Assembly: GCF_018350175.1 (NCBI RefSeq)
Contig: NC_058368.1
Span: 205,966,001 to 206,030,000, forward strand
Origin: Felis catus
Lineage: Eukaryota
Length of the DNA: 64,000 nt
Direction: 5' to 3'
The translations under genes and the position numbers were made by a program. Every line of letters starts with the position of its first letter. Positions within the stretch are counted from its first letter, which is position 1. The notes below the pieces were generated by a model that had not been told where the DNA came from, ran no database searches, and saw nothing but the letters and a program-made list of their open reading frames with translations. Shown here one piece after another: positions 61,963-64,000 of the stretch.

Positions 61963-62449
61963 GTGAGTGTCACTCAGGATGCTAGGGTCTGCTGAGATGG
62001 TGCCCCCCAAAACTGGTAATAGCGTAGCACCCCCAAAACTGGTAGTACCATAGCATACTACCACAGGTAGTAGCATAGCATTCTTGAGGATGTTTTGGGA
62101 AAAGAAAGCAGAAGTTTCCACTCACAGGCTAGGTTTTCTATTTCAACCTGTGTCGTGATGAGATCAGGCAGCAGATAACAAGTTATTGGTCAAGCAGATA
62201 TCTTCAAATTTTAGAAAGCAAGGTCGATTTTCTTTTCCAATACAATGTTTCAATATTTTGAGGGAATGCAAGCGCGGCCATCCAACAAAATCAGAATTAA
62301 TGGTAAACTGAAAATCTGGCTAAAGTGGAGGGCCATAAGAAAGTAGTGCACACTACTTTTTAATTACCTAAGCATTTTATTTTAACTTAAAACACAGAAA
62401 TGCATGATTATCCACCCATTTTCTGACATAGGACCAAGCTCTTATTTTC

Positions 62450-62679
62450 TTTTTATTTCTTTTTTATTTTTTTTTTAATGTTTATTTATTCTCGAGAGAA
62501 CAAGAACAGAGCACAAGCACGGGAGGGGCAGGAGAGAGAGGGAGACACAGAATCTGAAGCAGGCTCCAGGCTCTGAGCTGTCAGCACAGAGCCCGACGCG
62601 GGGCTTGAACTCACCAACTGCAAGATCATGACCTAAGCCGAAGATGGACGCTTAACCACCTGAGCCACCCAGGCGCCCC
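62450..62679 (-). mobile_element. SINEC
   Basis: TSD ccaagctctt(a/g)ttttct. Confidence 0.92.
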
Positions 62680-63273
62680 CCAAGCTCTTGTTTTCTAGTC
62701 TTTTGATTTCAGCTCCAAGACTTCTTCCTCAAATAAAACAAATACATGACTCACCACCTATGTCATTCCCTATCAGTTCCTCTAAAACCATGTTTAATTG
62801 CAGGTGGGGCGCTTCTTTAAAAAACACCTCCGGTTAGGTTCTTTCCCCCAATTCTGATGTCACTGAGCTGGGGAGGGCCTAGTATTTGGCGTTTGTTTAA
62901 GATTTCTTCTAGCAAACCCAAATGCATGCAGAGTTGAGAGCTGTTGTTTTGAAGAGAAGTAAAGTGTTAAAGTCACTTTTGAAACAAATTGACTAGAGAA
63001 TGATTTTAAATGTCTTTATATACATAAATTTTATATATGAAATATATGTATTTCGTAATCGTTTACAGTAGTCACATCCCCAGTGAACTCAAAGCAAAAT
63101 TTTTGCAAATCATTTTTAATTGTTCAAAATTCCCAACTTTTTATTTAAAAAGTTCATCACTTGATACAGTTCATTAACTTACACAATCACAATAACAAGT
63201 GGCCTAAATGGATTTGGAAACAAACAACACTGATAAGCCTGTAGCTGCAGAAGTGTCACGCTATAGAAGACAG

Positions 63274-64000
63274 TGTTGCCAAAAGAGATTGCAAGAGGCC
63301 CTAGTTTTCTTGGTCTCTGGGCCAGAAGGAATCGGAGGACAGAACAGACACCGCGGATAGGTGGTGCAAGCAGGAAAGTTTATTAAAGCAAAAGGATACT
63401 CTTAGAGGAAGACCAGGTAGGCTCCAGGGAGCAAATGCCCCAAATTTCTTCGGTTTACAAGCTTTTATTATATTTTGAGTAATTAGGGGAGGAATATTCA
63501 CTGAGGTAAGCAGCCTGCTTTTTTCAGGAATCCAGGTTCTACCCTTTTCCTTTCCTTTTTTGGATTGATCACAGCTGTCACATGGTGATTTTAGGGGCAG
63601 AGACCTTTCAGAACTGCAATGCAAATGATATTATAATGAGGGAAATGTCCGGGTGGCTGGGTGGCTCAGTCCGGTTAAGTGTGGACTTTCAGCTCAGGTC
63701 ATGATCTCATCTTCCAGGAATTCTGAGCTGTCAGAGCCTGGAGCCTGCTTTGGATTCTTTGTCCACCCCCCTCCCCCCACCTCTTTGCCCCTCGTGCTCT
63801 TTCTTGCTCTGTCTCTCAAAAATAAATAAATGTTAAAAAAATTTTTTTTTAATATAATGAGGGAAATGTCTTCTGAGGATATAACAAAGCCTCACCTAGC
63901 TGTTCGTGGGGGATTTTCCTACTGCAACGAGTGGTCTCCCACCCCCCCTTTAATGCCTAACGGGTGCCTTTCTGCTTTGTCCCTCCTCATTACTATCTAA
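63274..64000 (-). mobile_element. Probable ERV solo LTR (antisense, reaching the window edge) with a nested SINEC
   Basis: Starts TGTTGCC; tttatt (AATAAA on - strand) at ~63378; ttata (TATA-like on - strand) further right. Confidence 0.55.
63651..63852 (+). mobile_element. SINEC with a rearranged middle, nested in the LTR
   Basis: 18-bp TSD TATAATGAGGGAAATGTC. Confidence 0.88.

Overview
This is eukaryotic (felid carnivore) genomic DNA, identified by its CAN-SINE/SINEC_Fc and carnivore LINE-1 content. The window holds most of the complement component 6 gene (C6) on the + strand. I can place a liver-type promoter and a non-coding first exon (~11.2-11.36 kb) plus 14 coding exons (16852-61962) encoding signal peptide, TSP1, TSP1, LDLRA, MACPF, EGF, TSP1, CCP1 and CCP2. 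The FIMAC exons and the stop codon lie beyond the window. All splice sites are GT-AG and all exon phases fit except exon 12, where a C5 run (C6 expected) at 57748-57752 shifts the frame and gives a stop in exon 13 (58053-58055). This is either a null/truncating allele or a homopolymer assembly error, and the sequence alone cannot tell which. Introns contain about 31 SINEC copies, L1 3' fragments, LTRs and DNA-transposon relics. The most unusual non-coding structure is in intron 13: an ancient MLT1 LTR sits inside the tail of a much younger SINE with a 17-bp TSD, which points to L1-mediated re-mobilisation. A 29-bp micro-L1 insertion and an old local duplication are also visible. I see no evidence for a wholly new gene system. 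Human C6 comparisons and repeat subfamily names are from memory and need database confirmation.
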